Virus record (IMG/VR): IMGVR_UViG_3300025150_000002
Location: 96,001-160,000 of that record
Length of the DNA: 64,000 bases
Source of the DNA: a virus
Taxonomy: Duplodnaviria > Caudoviricetes
Direction: 5' to 3' (one strand)
The position numbers were made by a program, and so were the translations under genes. Shown here one piece after another: positions 9,258 through 20,000 of the stretch. The notes under the pieces are model-generated. The model searched no databases. It had not been told where the DNA came from and was given only the letters and a program-made list of their open reading frames with translations. Every line of letters starts with the position of its first letter. The first letter of the stretch is position 1.

Positions 9258-10073
9258 ATGGAGCATCACGACCATTCTAGCGAGTGTGGTGCTCTGGGAC
9301 ACCAAGTCTCTTCCATAACTACAACTACGGCCACGAGCACCTTGCCCTCTTTCCGGGTATATGTAGATATGGGAACAGACCAACCCGTGGGGCGCGCAAA
9401 CACCGCCGTGACCTTCGAAGCAGCAGATGGAAGCCAGAAGACCTGCATCGACTCTCTGAGAGACGACGCCCACTATCGCTTCTCCTGCAGGTGTGGCTGC
9501 GGCGCTCAGTTCGCTGGATACGGTCGCGACATCAAGGCATCCGGCAAGATCGGCCGAGATGGAGGCAGTATCACATCAACACCTGACGCGGGCGAGTCCC
9601 GGTCAGAGGTTGCCCACGAGGTTCGAACCATGCGCTCCCCACTGCGTCCCTTCGTCTCTGACCGCTACCTGATGAAGGCCATCTTCAAGCTCACGGACGA
9701 CGAGATCGATGCGGCACGCGCGAACGAGCCCGATCCTCTTGAGGGGAAGGGCGTGAACCTATCGGAGCGCAGGCCGCCAGCTATCGCCGACGAGGTCTAC
9801 TCTCTGTCTACCGGAAAGGGTCCGTTCACGCTCATTGACCACGTCAGCAAGAGCCTCAGTGACGAGGATGGCGCATCTCACACGGTGGTCTGCGGACTGC
9901 TGCGGAACGCGGCCGGCAAACTGGTGGTGGTCCCGTTGGCCGACTTGGTCCTCGCTTCCCCGGACCGCGAGTTGCGGCGCCCGTCGAAGGGCTCCTGGGT
10001 CATGCTGACCCTCGCTATGATCTTGTCCTTGGCGATCGGGTCCGGGATCGCACTCGGCTACTTCTGGCCCTAA
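9258..10073 (+). CDS. hypothetical membrane-anchored protein
   Basis: GGAGG upstream; C-terminal hydrophobic helix WVMLTLAMILSLAIGSGIALGYFWP. Confidence 0.65.
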   Translation: MEHHDHSSECGALGHQVSSITTTTATSTLPSFRVYVDMGTDQPVGRANTAVTFEAADGSQKTCIDSLRDDAHYRFSCRCGCGAQFAGYGRDIKASGKIGRDGGSITSTPDAGESRSEVAHEVRTMRSPLRPFVSDRYLMKAIFKLTDDEIDAARANEPDPLEGKGVNLSERRPPAIADEVYSLSTGKGPFTLIDHVSKSLSDEDGASHTVVCGLLRNAAGKLVVVPLADLVLASPDRELRRPSKGSWVMLTLAMILSLAIGSGIALGYFWP

Positions 10074-10417
10074 GGAAGCGTCCCCGACCGTCGTCTACGG
10101 GTATAGTGCTTCGCGCACAGCCCGCGAGCTCGCACCTTAGCTTCGCAGTGCTCCTCTGAGCAAACCGTCTTGCCGGTCATGTACTCGCGGTCGGGGCGCA
10201 GTTCGCCGAACAGCTTGATCTGTCGAGCGTGCTTGCGGCAATGCCCGCCGCTGACCCGGTCGTCGTCACATCCGTCAGCATCACACACCTGCGGCCCGCC
10301 GCGCTCGGCCTCCAACGTGAGGTGTCCGTGGCGTAGGACCTGCATGTAATGTCTTTTACAGTAGCCCTTGGCATACGCAAGACGGTCGCAGTGCTCGACA
10401 ACGCAGTAGCCGCTCAT
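10070..10417 (-). CDS. protein of three tandem C-x4-C-x8-10-G-x-C-x2-H zinc-binding repeats
   Basis: CVVEHC..KGYCKRHY, CDADGC..GGHCRKHA, CSEEHC..RGLCAKHY. Confidence 0.75.
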   Translation of the reverse strand: MSGYCVVEHCDRLAYAKGYCKRHYMQVLRHGHLTLEAERGGPQVCDADGCDDDRVSGGHCRKHARQIKLFGELRPDREYMTGKTVCSEEHCEAKVRARGLCAKHYTRRRRSGTLP

Positions 10418-10464
10418 CAGTCGTAGTATACAGGGAACCCCCCGACTGATGCTAATGGTGGATC

Positions 10465-11049
10465 ATGAGAAGACTACTGCTGGTAACACTGATGCTCTCT
10501 GTTACGGGATGCTCCGCCCTCAAGGAGCGCACCGGAGAATACGTGACCGAGTCGGTCGTCGATCACATCGCCGAGAAGGTCGACCAACGTCTAGAGAGGC
10601 GGGGTCTTTCCATCTCGCAGATCAAGGGCGTCACCGACTTGAACGACGATGGCGTCGTGGACATGGCCGAGGTCCGGGAGACCGCTAAGCTGGCTGGGCG
10701 CGAAGTCGCCCTCTCAGAGGCTGAGCGCTGGAAGCGAGAGTCTCAGGAGGAGTTGAAGGCCGCGACCAAGCAGTTCGTCACTGCCGACGACCAGTCTACG
10801 GTCAAGTCAAAGCTACAAGACTTTTGGAACTACCTGTTGGCTACAATCGGAGCTCTGGTGGCCACGGTCGTCAGCTACCTTACCAAACAGGTGTTCTCAG
10901 CGAAGAGCGATGGCCGCCGAGATGCCGAGATCGCAAAGGCCGCCGCTAGAACGGACGCGCTCGAACGCCTACTAGGTCGAGACCTGAACAATGATGGCCG
11001 TATAGGGTCTGACAGAGACCAGTCGCCTACCCCTGAGGCCTTGGCGTAG
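10465..11049 (+). CDS. lipoprotein with internal transmembrane helix (u-spanin-like topology)
   Basis: Signal MRRLLLVTLMLSVTG|C with lipobox; TM FWNYLLATIGALVATVVSYL; two DxNxDG motifs. Confidence 0.65.
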   Translation: MRRLLLVTLMLSVTGCSALKERTGEYVTESVVDHIAEKVDQRLERRGLSISQIKGVTDLNDDGVVDMAEVRETAKLAGREVALSEAERWKRESQEELKAATKQFVTADDQSTVKSKLQDFWNYLLATIGALVATVVSYLTKQVFSAKSDGRRDAEIAKAAARTDALERLLGRDLNNDGRIGSDRDQSPTPEALA

Positions 11050-11064
11050 CGGCTGCGAAAACGC

Positions 11065-11298
11065 TCATCGCGCGTCCAGTTTGCCGAAGTATCGCGGCTT
11101 TACCGGCACGACCGCCTGCTCCGCGCACCACTTAAGGAAGTCGCGGACAGGGGCGGGTAGCTCAACCCCCTCAACATCGGCGTCCCTTAGCGACTCGGCA
11201 CCGACCAGGGCGATGAGCTTCTTCTCGCCACCACAGAACTGCGGCCCCAGGAGGTAGACCTCGTTGACCGGAACGAAGTCCTCGGTCATGCCGACCAC
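11065..11298 (-). CDS. hypothetical protein
   Basis: 77-aa ORF with phage-like codon use; no motif. Confidence 0.45.
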   Translation of the reverse strand: MVGMTEDFVPVNEVYLLGPQFCGGEKKLIALVGAESLRDADVEGVELPAPVRDFLKWCAEQAVVPVKPRYFGKLDAR

Positions 11299-11532
11299 GC
11301 AGTGCAGAGAATAGAAGGGTTCGTTCGTAATGGTGCCCTAACCTCATCCTGGGAAGACATCGGGTAGTTCGTCTTCACCTATCGTCTACCACAACCAGTA
11401 GAAGACTTGGAAGCGTGTCGAGAGCGGTCTTACACGCACGCTCAATGAAACCACACAGGCGGCTGCTGACGGCGCAGAGCCGACACCATTCGCCCCAAAC
11501 GGGGGCGGCTATCTGGCAGTGTTGGCAGTAGC

Positions 11533-11721
11533 TCACTGGAGTCTGTCTCGAATCTCCATGAGCTCCATCATGGACCGCTTGAGAGCCTCGTGATACGGAC
11601 TGTTGTATTCGTCATACCCACAGCAGTGGTTGACGACGATTTCACTTATGTCCTTGACCGCGCCCTGGATCTTCTCCAGGGCCGCGTTTAGATGCTCGTC
11701 AGCAGTCGTTTTTACGCTCAT
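11533..11721 (-). CDS. hypothetical protein
   Basis: ATG at 11721 immediately after the HU stop; helical 62-aa product. Confidence 0.55.
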   Translation of the reverse strand: MSVKTTADEHLNAALEKIQGAVKDISEIVVNHCCGYDEYNSPYHEALKRSMMELMEIRDRLQ

Positions 11722-11722
11722 G

Positions 11723-12025
11723 CTAAGACGGCTTGTAGCTGTCCGCCAACCTCTGCTTGAGCTCCTTGCCGACCTTGAAGCCGCACACCTTGGTGGCTGA
11801 CACCTCGACCGGCTCGCCGGTCTTAGGGTTGCGCGCTGTCCGCGCCTTGCGCTCCTTCGGGGTGAACACACCGAAGTCGCGGAGCTCGATCCGCTCGTCG
11901 TTCACCATCGCGCCTCCGATCGAGTCCAGGAACTGCTGGATCACGTCGGAGATCTCGTTCTTCTTGATGGCTGGCAGCTGGTCCGCGACTCGCTCGACCA
12001 GGTCCCGCTTGGTAACAGTCTTCAT
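11723..12025 (-). CDS. HU/IHF-family DNA-binding protein
   Basis: MKTVTKRDLVERVA...RIELRDFGVF...RKARTARNPKTGEPVEV..KVCGFKVGKELK; start reassigned to ATG 12025 after AGGAG. Confidence 0.95.
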   Translation of the reverse strand: MKTVTKRDLVERVADQLPAIKKNEISDVIQQFLDSIGGAMVNDERIELRDFGVFTPKERKARTARNPKTGEPVEVSATKVCGFKVGKELKQRLADSYKPS

Positions 12026-12074
12026 GGTGGCTCCTATGTCCTTTCGGTTTCCTGTTTTACCCGATCTCTGGTCG

Positions 12075-12698
12075 CTACGACACCACATCTTGGTAGCTGA
12101 GCGCTGCTGATGCCCTTAGGACCTTCTCAGCATCCGCAAGCTCGCTAGTCTGCACTACCTCCAGAACCTTGATAACGTCCAACTGACTGATGTCATAGCC
12201 TTTACGGGCATAGCGTAGCAGTCGACAGACCGTGTTCACTACACAAGTTGAGTCGACGTAACAGACTGTGAGCTTTGAGTTTAGCTCGTCGGGCTCGAAC
12301 AAGTGGTGTGCCACACCCGCGTGGATGCTCGTGAGTGCCACTCGACAAACGCTGAAATCGATCTTCCCCAGAGCGTCCTGCAACTCACCACCCTGGTAGT
12401 TCTTGAGTAGCTGGATGTAGAGCTTTGAGCCGTATCCCTTGTAGGTGAAGGAGAACTCGGTCTCGCGTACGAGGCAGGCGCCGTCGCGCTGAAGCTGCTC
12501 GCGCGCCTTATTGATCGCACTGTCGGATAGACAGATCACATCGATGTCAGAGGGCTTAGGGCTACACTCTCGTGGTGAGCACGCCCACCTAGCATAGCCA
12601 CCCGTGATGAAACAGTCGGTGCCTTCCAGTGCCCGAATCAGGCTCACGACCGGCGGATGGATCCTATGAACCGTCGCAGTATTCCACTCAGACATCAA
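12075..12698 (-). CDS. Pol-beta superfamily nucleotidyltransferase (CCA/poly(A) polymerase head-like)
   Basis: ITGGYAR...SDIDV, IDFSVC, RLLRYARKGY motifs. Confidence 0.75.
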   Translation of the reverse strand: MMSEWNTATVHRIHPPVVSLIRALEGTDCFITGGYARWACSPRECSPKPSDIDVICLSDSAINKAREQLQRDGACLVRETEFSFTYKGYGSKLYIQLLKNYQGGELQDALGKIDFSVCRVALTSIHAGVAHHLFEPDELNSKLTVCYVDSTCVVNTVCRLLRYARKGYDISQLDVIKVLEVVQTSELADAEKVLRASAALSYQDVVS

Positions 12699-13219
12699 AG
12701 TGTGTCTCCTAGATTGGTATCGAATGTCACGACCTCGGCCTTACCTCGCGTGACCGTGAAGCCCTTCGATTGAAGGGTCCGCGTCACCTCGCGAATAGCT
12801 TCGATAGCCTCTTCGCTTGTGGGGCGTCGCGTGGTGAGGATCAGGTCGTCCTGGTGCTCCTCGCCCGAGGTATCCATACCAAGCCGAGCCCCCCACCAAC
12901 CATCACCCTTCGCGGCGAGCAGTGAGCCGCCAGCCGGGTCATGCCTTACAATCACGTGGCATTCGACGTAGTGCGCGTTCACGCCTATTCCCCGTGGTCC
13001 GGTCGAGTTTTCCTCTAGACGCCCGACCGCGTCGATCACCAGTGCTGAGTACTGGAGTCGCAAGTAAGATCCGCCGCCCTCACACGACATGCAGGCTTTA
13101 TCGAGTGCATAAGGGTTGCAGCGCTCGCACTTCCGCCAGATAGCCTCCAGGTAAGGCCTGCGCTCGTTCTCAGAGAGCGCCTTCAGATCGGCTCTAAAGA
13201 CTGGTCCGGGCGGATTCAT
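12695..13219 (-). CDS. hypothetical protein with two CxxC motifs
   Basis: CERC and CMSC; overlaps neighbours at start and stop codons. Confidence 0.55.
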   Translation of the reverse strand: MNPPGPVFRADLKALSENERRPYLEAIWRKCERCNPYALDKACMSCEGGGSYLRLQYSALVIDAVGRLEENSTGPRGIGVNAHYVECHVIVRHDPAGGSLLAAKGDGWWGARLGMDTSGEEHQDDLILTTRRPTSEEAIEAIREVTRTLQSKGFTVTRGKAEVVTFDTNLGDTL

Positions 13220-13932
13220 GAGGTTATCTCCATCACCAATGATGAGTGCTTGCGCCGAAGACCTTCAAGGATCTCGCCAACGGTCCATCGATACTCGCCA
13301 TTCTCGTAGACTGCCATCCCACGATGGATAGCCTGGTGGTGTGTCGGACAGAGGAAGATCTCTGGGCTGTTCTTGTCGCTACCGCTCTTAGTGAAAACAA
13401 TATGGTGAACATCGATGCAGATGTGCTCAGGACACGGCTCACCCGAAACAAGGCGACCTTGGCACTGCTGGTAGTCGCTCAGCAATCGCTTGTAAAATTC
13501 CGTCTCTACTCGCTTGTAGTGGATCTCGCTGTGGTTTCTGCTATCCCCGTTGCGGTCGCACCACCACAGATTCCCACTATCGCGGTTCGGAACGAGAACA
13601 AGCTCGTTGCACTCGGGCAAGCAGCACGGCAAGAACTCGCCGGGTCCACCCCTCGCGTTGTAGCGCTTGATGTGTTTCCGACAGCACGCCAGCTTAGTTG
13701 ACTTGAACGGAAACATCACGTCGCACTCGACCAGGATGCACTTGACCATCGTCTTGTAGACATCGGTCTCCTGGGACAGCCACCGATAGACGTTGGTGTA
13801 GGAAGTTCCGTAGCGCTCTCCGATCGACTCAAGCGTCTCCCTCGACAACGCCCTACGAATGACGTCCTCGCGGTGCTCGTTGAGGACGCTGTATCCCTTG
13901 GTCGTGACCCACGTGCCAGGCTTTCTACCCAT
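13216..13932 (-). CDS. HNH homing endonuclease with N-terminal HTH
   Basis: IDVHHIVF...IFLCPTHHQAIHRG; N-terminal ESIGERYGTSYTNVYRWL HTH. Confidence 0.8.
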   Translation of the reverse strand: MGRKPGTWVTTKGYSVLNEHREDVIRRALSRETLESIGERYGTSYTNVYRWLSQETDVYKTMVKCILVECDVMFPFKSTKLACCRKHIKRYNARGGPGEFLPCCLPECNELVLVPNRDSGNLWWCDRNGDSRNHSEIHYKRVETEFYKRLLSDYQQCQGRLVSGEPCPEHICIDVHHIVFTKSGSDKNSPEIFLCPTHHQAIHRGMAVYENGEYRWTVGEILEGLRRKHSSLVMEITS

Positions 13933-13935
13933 CGC

Positions 13936-13957
13936 TCGTCTCCATCAGTGGAGACGA
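13936..13957 (-). promoter_or_regulatory. hairpin sequestering the RBS of the HNH gene
   Basis: TCGTCTCCA-CTGA-TGGAGACGA 9-bp stem containing GGAG, 3 nt before the ATG at 13932. Confidence 0.65.
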
Positions 13958-14031
13958 TACCAGTCCTAGCTACGAGCATCAAGGCTTTGATGTGCTGCTG
14001 TCAGCTAACACCTTTTGACGTAAGTCCTTAT

Positions 14032-17000
14032 CTAGTGCAATTCGTCCCATGTACGCCCCGCACGCGCGTCTGCGGTGAAAGGCACCCTCATTCCGGTCGC
14101 GACGCTCTCCATCGAGGTTTTCACCAATCCGCAGAGCTCCTCTTTCATGGCACGGGGCCCTTGGAAGATGAGTTCGTCGTGGACCTGAATCATGAACCGG
14201 AACTTGGCCCACAACTTCGACTCGGCGGGCCGCGAGTTGGCGACCTTATCGTTCCGGGCGTCGTAGAGCTTGATCATCGCCAACTTGATCAGATCCTGGC
14301 AGCTGTTGTGGGTGAAGAACCCCGCCGCGATGTAGGCATGATTGTCACCGTGAATCTCGATGTCATAGGTCGGTGACGATCCTACATGCTCGACCGAAAC
14401 CACCTTGTCCCACCCATATCCCAGCACCTCCTTGGGACCGGGCTCATCAATGTAGTCGAGAACGGCCTCAATCATGTTCTCGCCTGCGTTTCCTGTCCTG
14501 GCATGTCCGATGTAGGTCTGGATTCTACGGCGCATCCTTCGATCATCAAACGCTGTAGATGATCCCTGCCGCGAAGCGAGCGCAGGCGCTCTGGAGGCCA
14601 GCTCGGCCACAGCCGACACAAACGACCTAGGCAGCTCCCGCCTTGGAGCACGGGTCGCAATAAGCTGGAGAGCGCCCGCCAGGGTGGCCGCCTTCCTTGG
14701 GTGGCGAAGAGGGACCCACCTGTTGAAGGCCTGAAATCCACGATATGAGACATCAAGTCGATACTGCTTGGTCATCCCTCTCTTCTTGCCCGTTCGCGCC
14801 ACGTCGAGCTCGCGGATCGCGCAATCAATCCCGAGAGAACTGGCGAGTTTCCACGCACCTTCAACAAGCTCGCGAACGCGAGAAGAGTAGTTGATGGTCA
14901 GGGATGTATAGGTCTTCTGCTTGTAGCTGAGAACCGACCCGTCAGTGTCGATCAGACCGGCGAGCACAGCGCCTCGCAGTTCGGGACTGGCTGTGTAAGC
15001 CCACTTCGGGATCCTCTTAGCCTGCTTAGAAACGCAGTCCAACCCGAGGATCATCAGGTTTGAACGAGCGCGACTACTGTTACAAACCAGGTCCCTGACC
15101 TTTCCTCCGCGATTCGTATTCCTAAGTCCCCAGCGGAGCTTCTTGCGCGCTGTCTCGCCCTGCGACCTCAAAACCGACTCTTCTAGAGATTCAGGCCAGC
15201 CTGGATCTCTTGCCGATGCCGCCAGGGTAAACCCTTGGGATGACCCGTAGTAACCGTCACCGATGAGTGCACCGACCAAATATGCATCGTCGACGGACGC
15301 CCCATGATCGTCATCACCGCCTGCCGCCAGCACATCGTGCGTGGCTAGCATATCGCCCGAGTCGAGCTCCGACGTCTTGGTCCACACCATTCGCAAGCCA
15401 TCCATGGTCGCGAACCTGTGATCTGCAGAACAGGTGATGGTCCTGCCGCTCGACAGCGTTACCTTAAACACGTCTTTCACGCCGGAGTCGATGACGTCGT
15501 AGTCACTGGTGAATTTCTCGCCGTCGAAAATCGGCAGCCTGTCCGTCGCGAGGTCCTCGATGCTCACGTAGCCCTGCTCTGTGAGAACAGGAGTAGATGG
15601 AGTCACACACCCGCTGACGCGGAACTGGATCGCCTTAGTACCTGCGACGTAGTCATTCTTCTGCCAGTCGGTATCAAGCCGGCGCCGACGTCGCGCAATG
15701 TTGTAGGCGATGTAGTTGTCTTTGACGAGCTGGTTGATGGTCCGCTCATGCCAAGAGGCGATTCCAGGGTAGGCCTGATGCCAGAGCTCGATCAGCCGCT
15801 GGCCGTAACCGATCTGCGGGTTACCGTCCTCATCGAACAGACCTGCATAGATGCAGAACTTGGGTGCTCCCATGCGGTAAAGCAGCCCGAAGTTGCTGTC
15901 CAATACAGCAACACTGTTGCAAATCATCGCAGTTCGTTCGGGCTCGTAAACGTCGAACACTGGGGCCTCCCCAGCATCGGTCACGCTGCGAACTTTTGCG
16001 GTCCAAATTCCAGCGTCTCGATATGCCTTGATCTCGTCCGGTAGCACGTCCTCTAGTAGCTCCAGTCGAGTATCGCCAAATCGAACTGGGCTCTTCTTGC
16101 GGCGGATCACCTCGCGCAGCTTGTCTTTCCTCTTACGCTTGGTCTTGTCGTAGATCGATTCCAGTAGGACCTCTACGCCATCCAAGAACCGGTTGGCGTA
16201 ATCAGCGCTCTGTGGGGCCATGGCCTCCAGGAGCTTGTCAGACTTCTCAGTTGACACGAATCCGACGCGTTCAGCGAACCGCTCGATATCGCGCTGTCGT
16301 CTGACCGTCCAGCACCAGTAAGGTTGCTCTCCCTTTAGGGTGGGCCGCATTTCACTATGGATAAACCCGAGGATGTCGATGTTCATCATCTCGGCGTGGA
16401 TTTGACGAATTAGCTTCTCGGACTTGCTGGTATAGACGATCGCAAAGCTATTTCTCGCCTTTCCAACCGCCTTTACAGTACCGTCGCCCTCGAACAGAGC
16501 CCGGAAGAACTCGCGCTTCAGCGACCACGGTGCACTCCTCACACACCTCGGAATGTCCTTCTCACCAGAGCAGGATTTGAACCCGAGATGGGCCATCCAC
16601 AAATTCAGCTTCTTTGAGGCTACTGTATAGTGCGTAGCCTCCTTATCCAGTGGATGATGTTCAGTGATGGTCCTATCGTTTACCACCAACCTCCAACAGC
16701 CGATGAAATCCTCGACCATCTCTACTGAGCAGTCACCAAACCCGAAGGGCATCTGATAGTAACCGCGAGACTCATCAGTTACCATCCGCCCCTCGGACAC
16801 GAAGTAGCCGAAAAACCGAGCAACCTCTGGCGTCATCTCGGTCGGAAGATCAATATCCTTGAGCGCATTCCCTCCGACCACATCAATCGATGGTAGGGCC
16901 ACGTCCTTTCCGTGAACATCACGACCGGTCATGATCAGGCATGGGTCATCGGGCCGCAGATCAGCAGCCATCACTCGTTCGACCTTTCCGCCTCGCATCA

Positions 17001-20000
17001 CAAAGAATTCGTGGTCCGGCGTGGCCGTGAGCTTGATCCCGTATTCGAGGTTCACATCGACGACGGAACGAACTCCAGGGCTCCAGGTCGAGTCGGTGTA
17101 GCGAATCTGACCATCGTCAGACATGATCCCGATACGCTTCTTGAACCTGTCCGGCTCGGTCACCACCTCGCCCATCTCAAGCAGCCCGTGCTCTGTAAGG
17201 AGCATGGCGTCAGCGGTCACGCAGTTCTTTGCCAACGGATTACGCTTAACTTGGACGTCCTCTGCAGTTCGTTGGTGAAGGTCGACGTGTCGGCAGCGCT
17301 TCTGATGCTCGATGTTTGACAGGCCGCACCCGGGACAAAGCGCCGGGTTGCTGTCGGTGTCCGGCAACCACCCCTCAGGCTGCCACGTGTGGCCGCACTC
17401 GTTGCAGGACCAGTTCAGGTAGCGATCGCATGCTGCGCCGTCCTTGTTCCTGCAATGACCGGTGTTCAAGAACACCTCGATCATGTTGAGCTCGTTTGCC
17501 AGGTGGGCTGCCATCCGCAACTCCATCTGCGATTGGCCGCTCACCAACCCATTCTCTAGGACATACGTGTGTGTCCCCTCGACGGTGATCTGCCAAACCT
17601 CCCGCGAACCCACCGGAGTAATCGACACGATTCGATGATTGTCTGATTTCGCGCGGCCTCGATTTGCGCAGGACCTACCGCAGAACCTTGCTGCGCTCTT
17701 CGTAGGCAGGAAATCCTGGTTACATGTTAAGCACGCTTTAGTCCCTGGCTTACCAGACGTAAAACACTCGCGGGAGCAGAACCGAGTCTTTTTTCCGTCA
17801 CTTCTGTAATAGACCACCCCGCACCGGGCGCAGGTCAGGTCACAGCCGTTCTCGCGTGACTTGTGATAGCACGCTCTGCTACAGAACTTACCGTCTGCAG
17901 AAGGTGGTTGGTAAAACGCACTGCCGCAGGAAGCGCAGTTAGTCACGGCTCCCTTCAGGTTCCCGTGATTTGGGTTTCCGTCTGCTTTATAGGATCGACG
18001 GTTCTTCCTCTGGCCTTCGACTAATTGCTGCTTCTTTCGCCGGCGCTGAGATAGGGTGGCCGCGTCCCACCAGCGCTGAGCCCCCTGCCCCCTGTTCTCT
18101 CGGCTGGGCAACCACCGCAGATTAGCACCTCTGTTATCAAAGGTGTCTCCGTTGATGTGGTCGGCATCGTGGCCCTCAGGACGTTCCCCGTGAAAGTGCT
18201 CAGCGAGTACGATGTGCTGAAACGCAGCAACCCCGCGAACCGCCCACATCTTATATCTACCTAGCTGTGTCTCGCGCACGTGAGCCAAGCGATCCCCTGG
18301 ATTCAAGTACTTGGTCTCAACGAGACGTCCTCCGTATGTCATCCATTTATGATCCTCGGTACAAATCACCGATGACCCGTCTTCTAGAACCAGTTCTACG
18401 CACGGAGCAATACCGACCTTGCCACCGGCAACCACTGGTCGAATCTCTAGACTTCTCCCATCGGCAGATGACAACACCGGAGTCTCTGTAGCTGCTACCT
18501 CTTCAATCGGCATGACCCCATTGACGGTGACAATCGGGGTCCCAGCGACCAAACAGTAGTCGGCGTCTATCAGGCATAGCTGAGATCGTTCCTCGTCGTA
18601 ATCGTTCTCTAGATGGGCGCAGAATGCCTTTCGGATCAGATCCTTGTCCCGTGGTTGGTTCATAAGATTCACGGGGTCCGCCGAGTTGTGATTGACGAAC
18701 CCTTGAGCCAGGTAGCTGTGGTCACCCTCTACGGTGATGTCCCAGACATCTTCGACGCTGACTGGAGTGATGCTGGTAACTCGTGCCCAAGTTCGGACGC
18801 GATTCTCTTGATCACCGTAGGGAGGGCCTTGTCGATCTGCTTCGTAGTGAACCTCACCACTCGGTAGCCAAGTTCCTTCGCCTTCTTCGCCTTCCGACGA
18901 TCCCTGGCCTTGGTCTTCTCGCACTTCCGGTGAAACTCGCCATCGACCTCGACCAGTAGTTTCTTTTCTGGCCAAGCGAAGTCCGCTTGCCAGTTCTTGA
19001 AGAAACAGAACAGACGCCGATGCGGGATTCCAGCCGCCGTCAAAGCTCGTGAGAGTCTCATCTCCCGACGATTGGCAGAAAAGGTTAGATGGGACTTCTC
19101 GATCTCCCCGCGCTCGATCAGAGCCTGCATGAACGATCCGCTCTGCTTGACCGCACTCGCTAGAGACATCAGTCTCTGATACGCCTCTACCAGGGAGGCA
19201 AACGCCTTGGCCGGGTCGGTCGACAGCTTCGATACTTGTGGACATAGCGCCGCAAGAGCTTTGTACTCGGTATCCGTGAGCCTGCTGATCCAGGACATCG
19301 TTCCGTGAGTGTGCGCTGAAATCCCGTGATGTCGCATGTCCATCAGGACAATGGATTCCCCCACCCCAAGCTGATCTGCGATCTCGACCGCCGACAGACC
19401 CCTGGACACCTCGGTCTCCAAAAGATTCTTGGGGAAGAACGCCTCCTCGTTCCTCTTGGATGCGCTCAGGAGCCTGCCGTGCTTCACTGCCAGGTCGTCG
19501 GAGAACTGCTTGTAGGTCTTGACCGCCCTGATCAGGGCCTGATGAGATACGCCGAAGGCTACCTTGGCCTGCTCTTGCGTCAGATTGCTGTCGACGAAGA
19601 TCCTCTTGAACGACGCCTTCGAGAGTATGAATCCCTTCGAGCGATCTCGGCGAACCCATGTCGGCTCGTCGGGAAGGATGTCCTCCAAGTCCGGGAGCTT
19701 GGTAGGGTTCCCCCGAAACAGTTCGGGGAACTCCCATCCGTACACTGCCTTGCAGGTCAAGCTGATCCCATCCGACAGCCCGTACAACTTGGCCTTCTTG
19801 TAGACCGGCCTCGGGTCCTCGGCGTAGACCCTGATGAACGAGGGTCGATCTAGCACCCAACGTCGTTGCCTGACGGGCCGCCTTAGTCTCACATACCTCG
19901 GCTCGAAGCAGCCGGTCCCCTCGTTCGAGGTCCTTGAGATCACGCCACCCATTGTTGGTGAGGAATCTGTGGTCCCTTGTGCATCTGATTCGATTTCCGT

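Noticed and set aside
11299-11532. Intergenic gap as an RNA gene
   Set aside because: No recognisable tRNA or riboswitch motif, and no convincing long helices seen.
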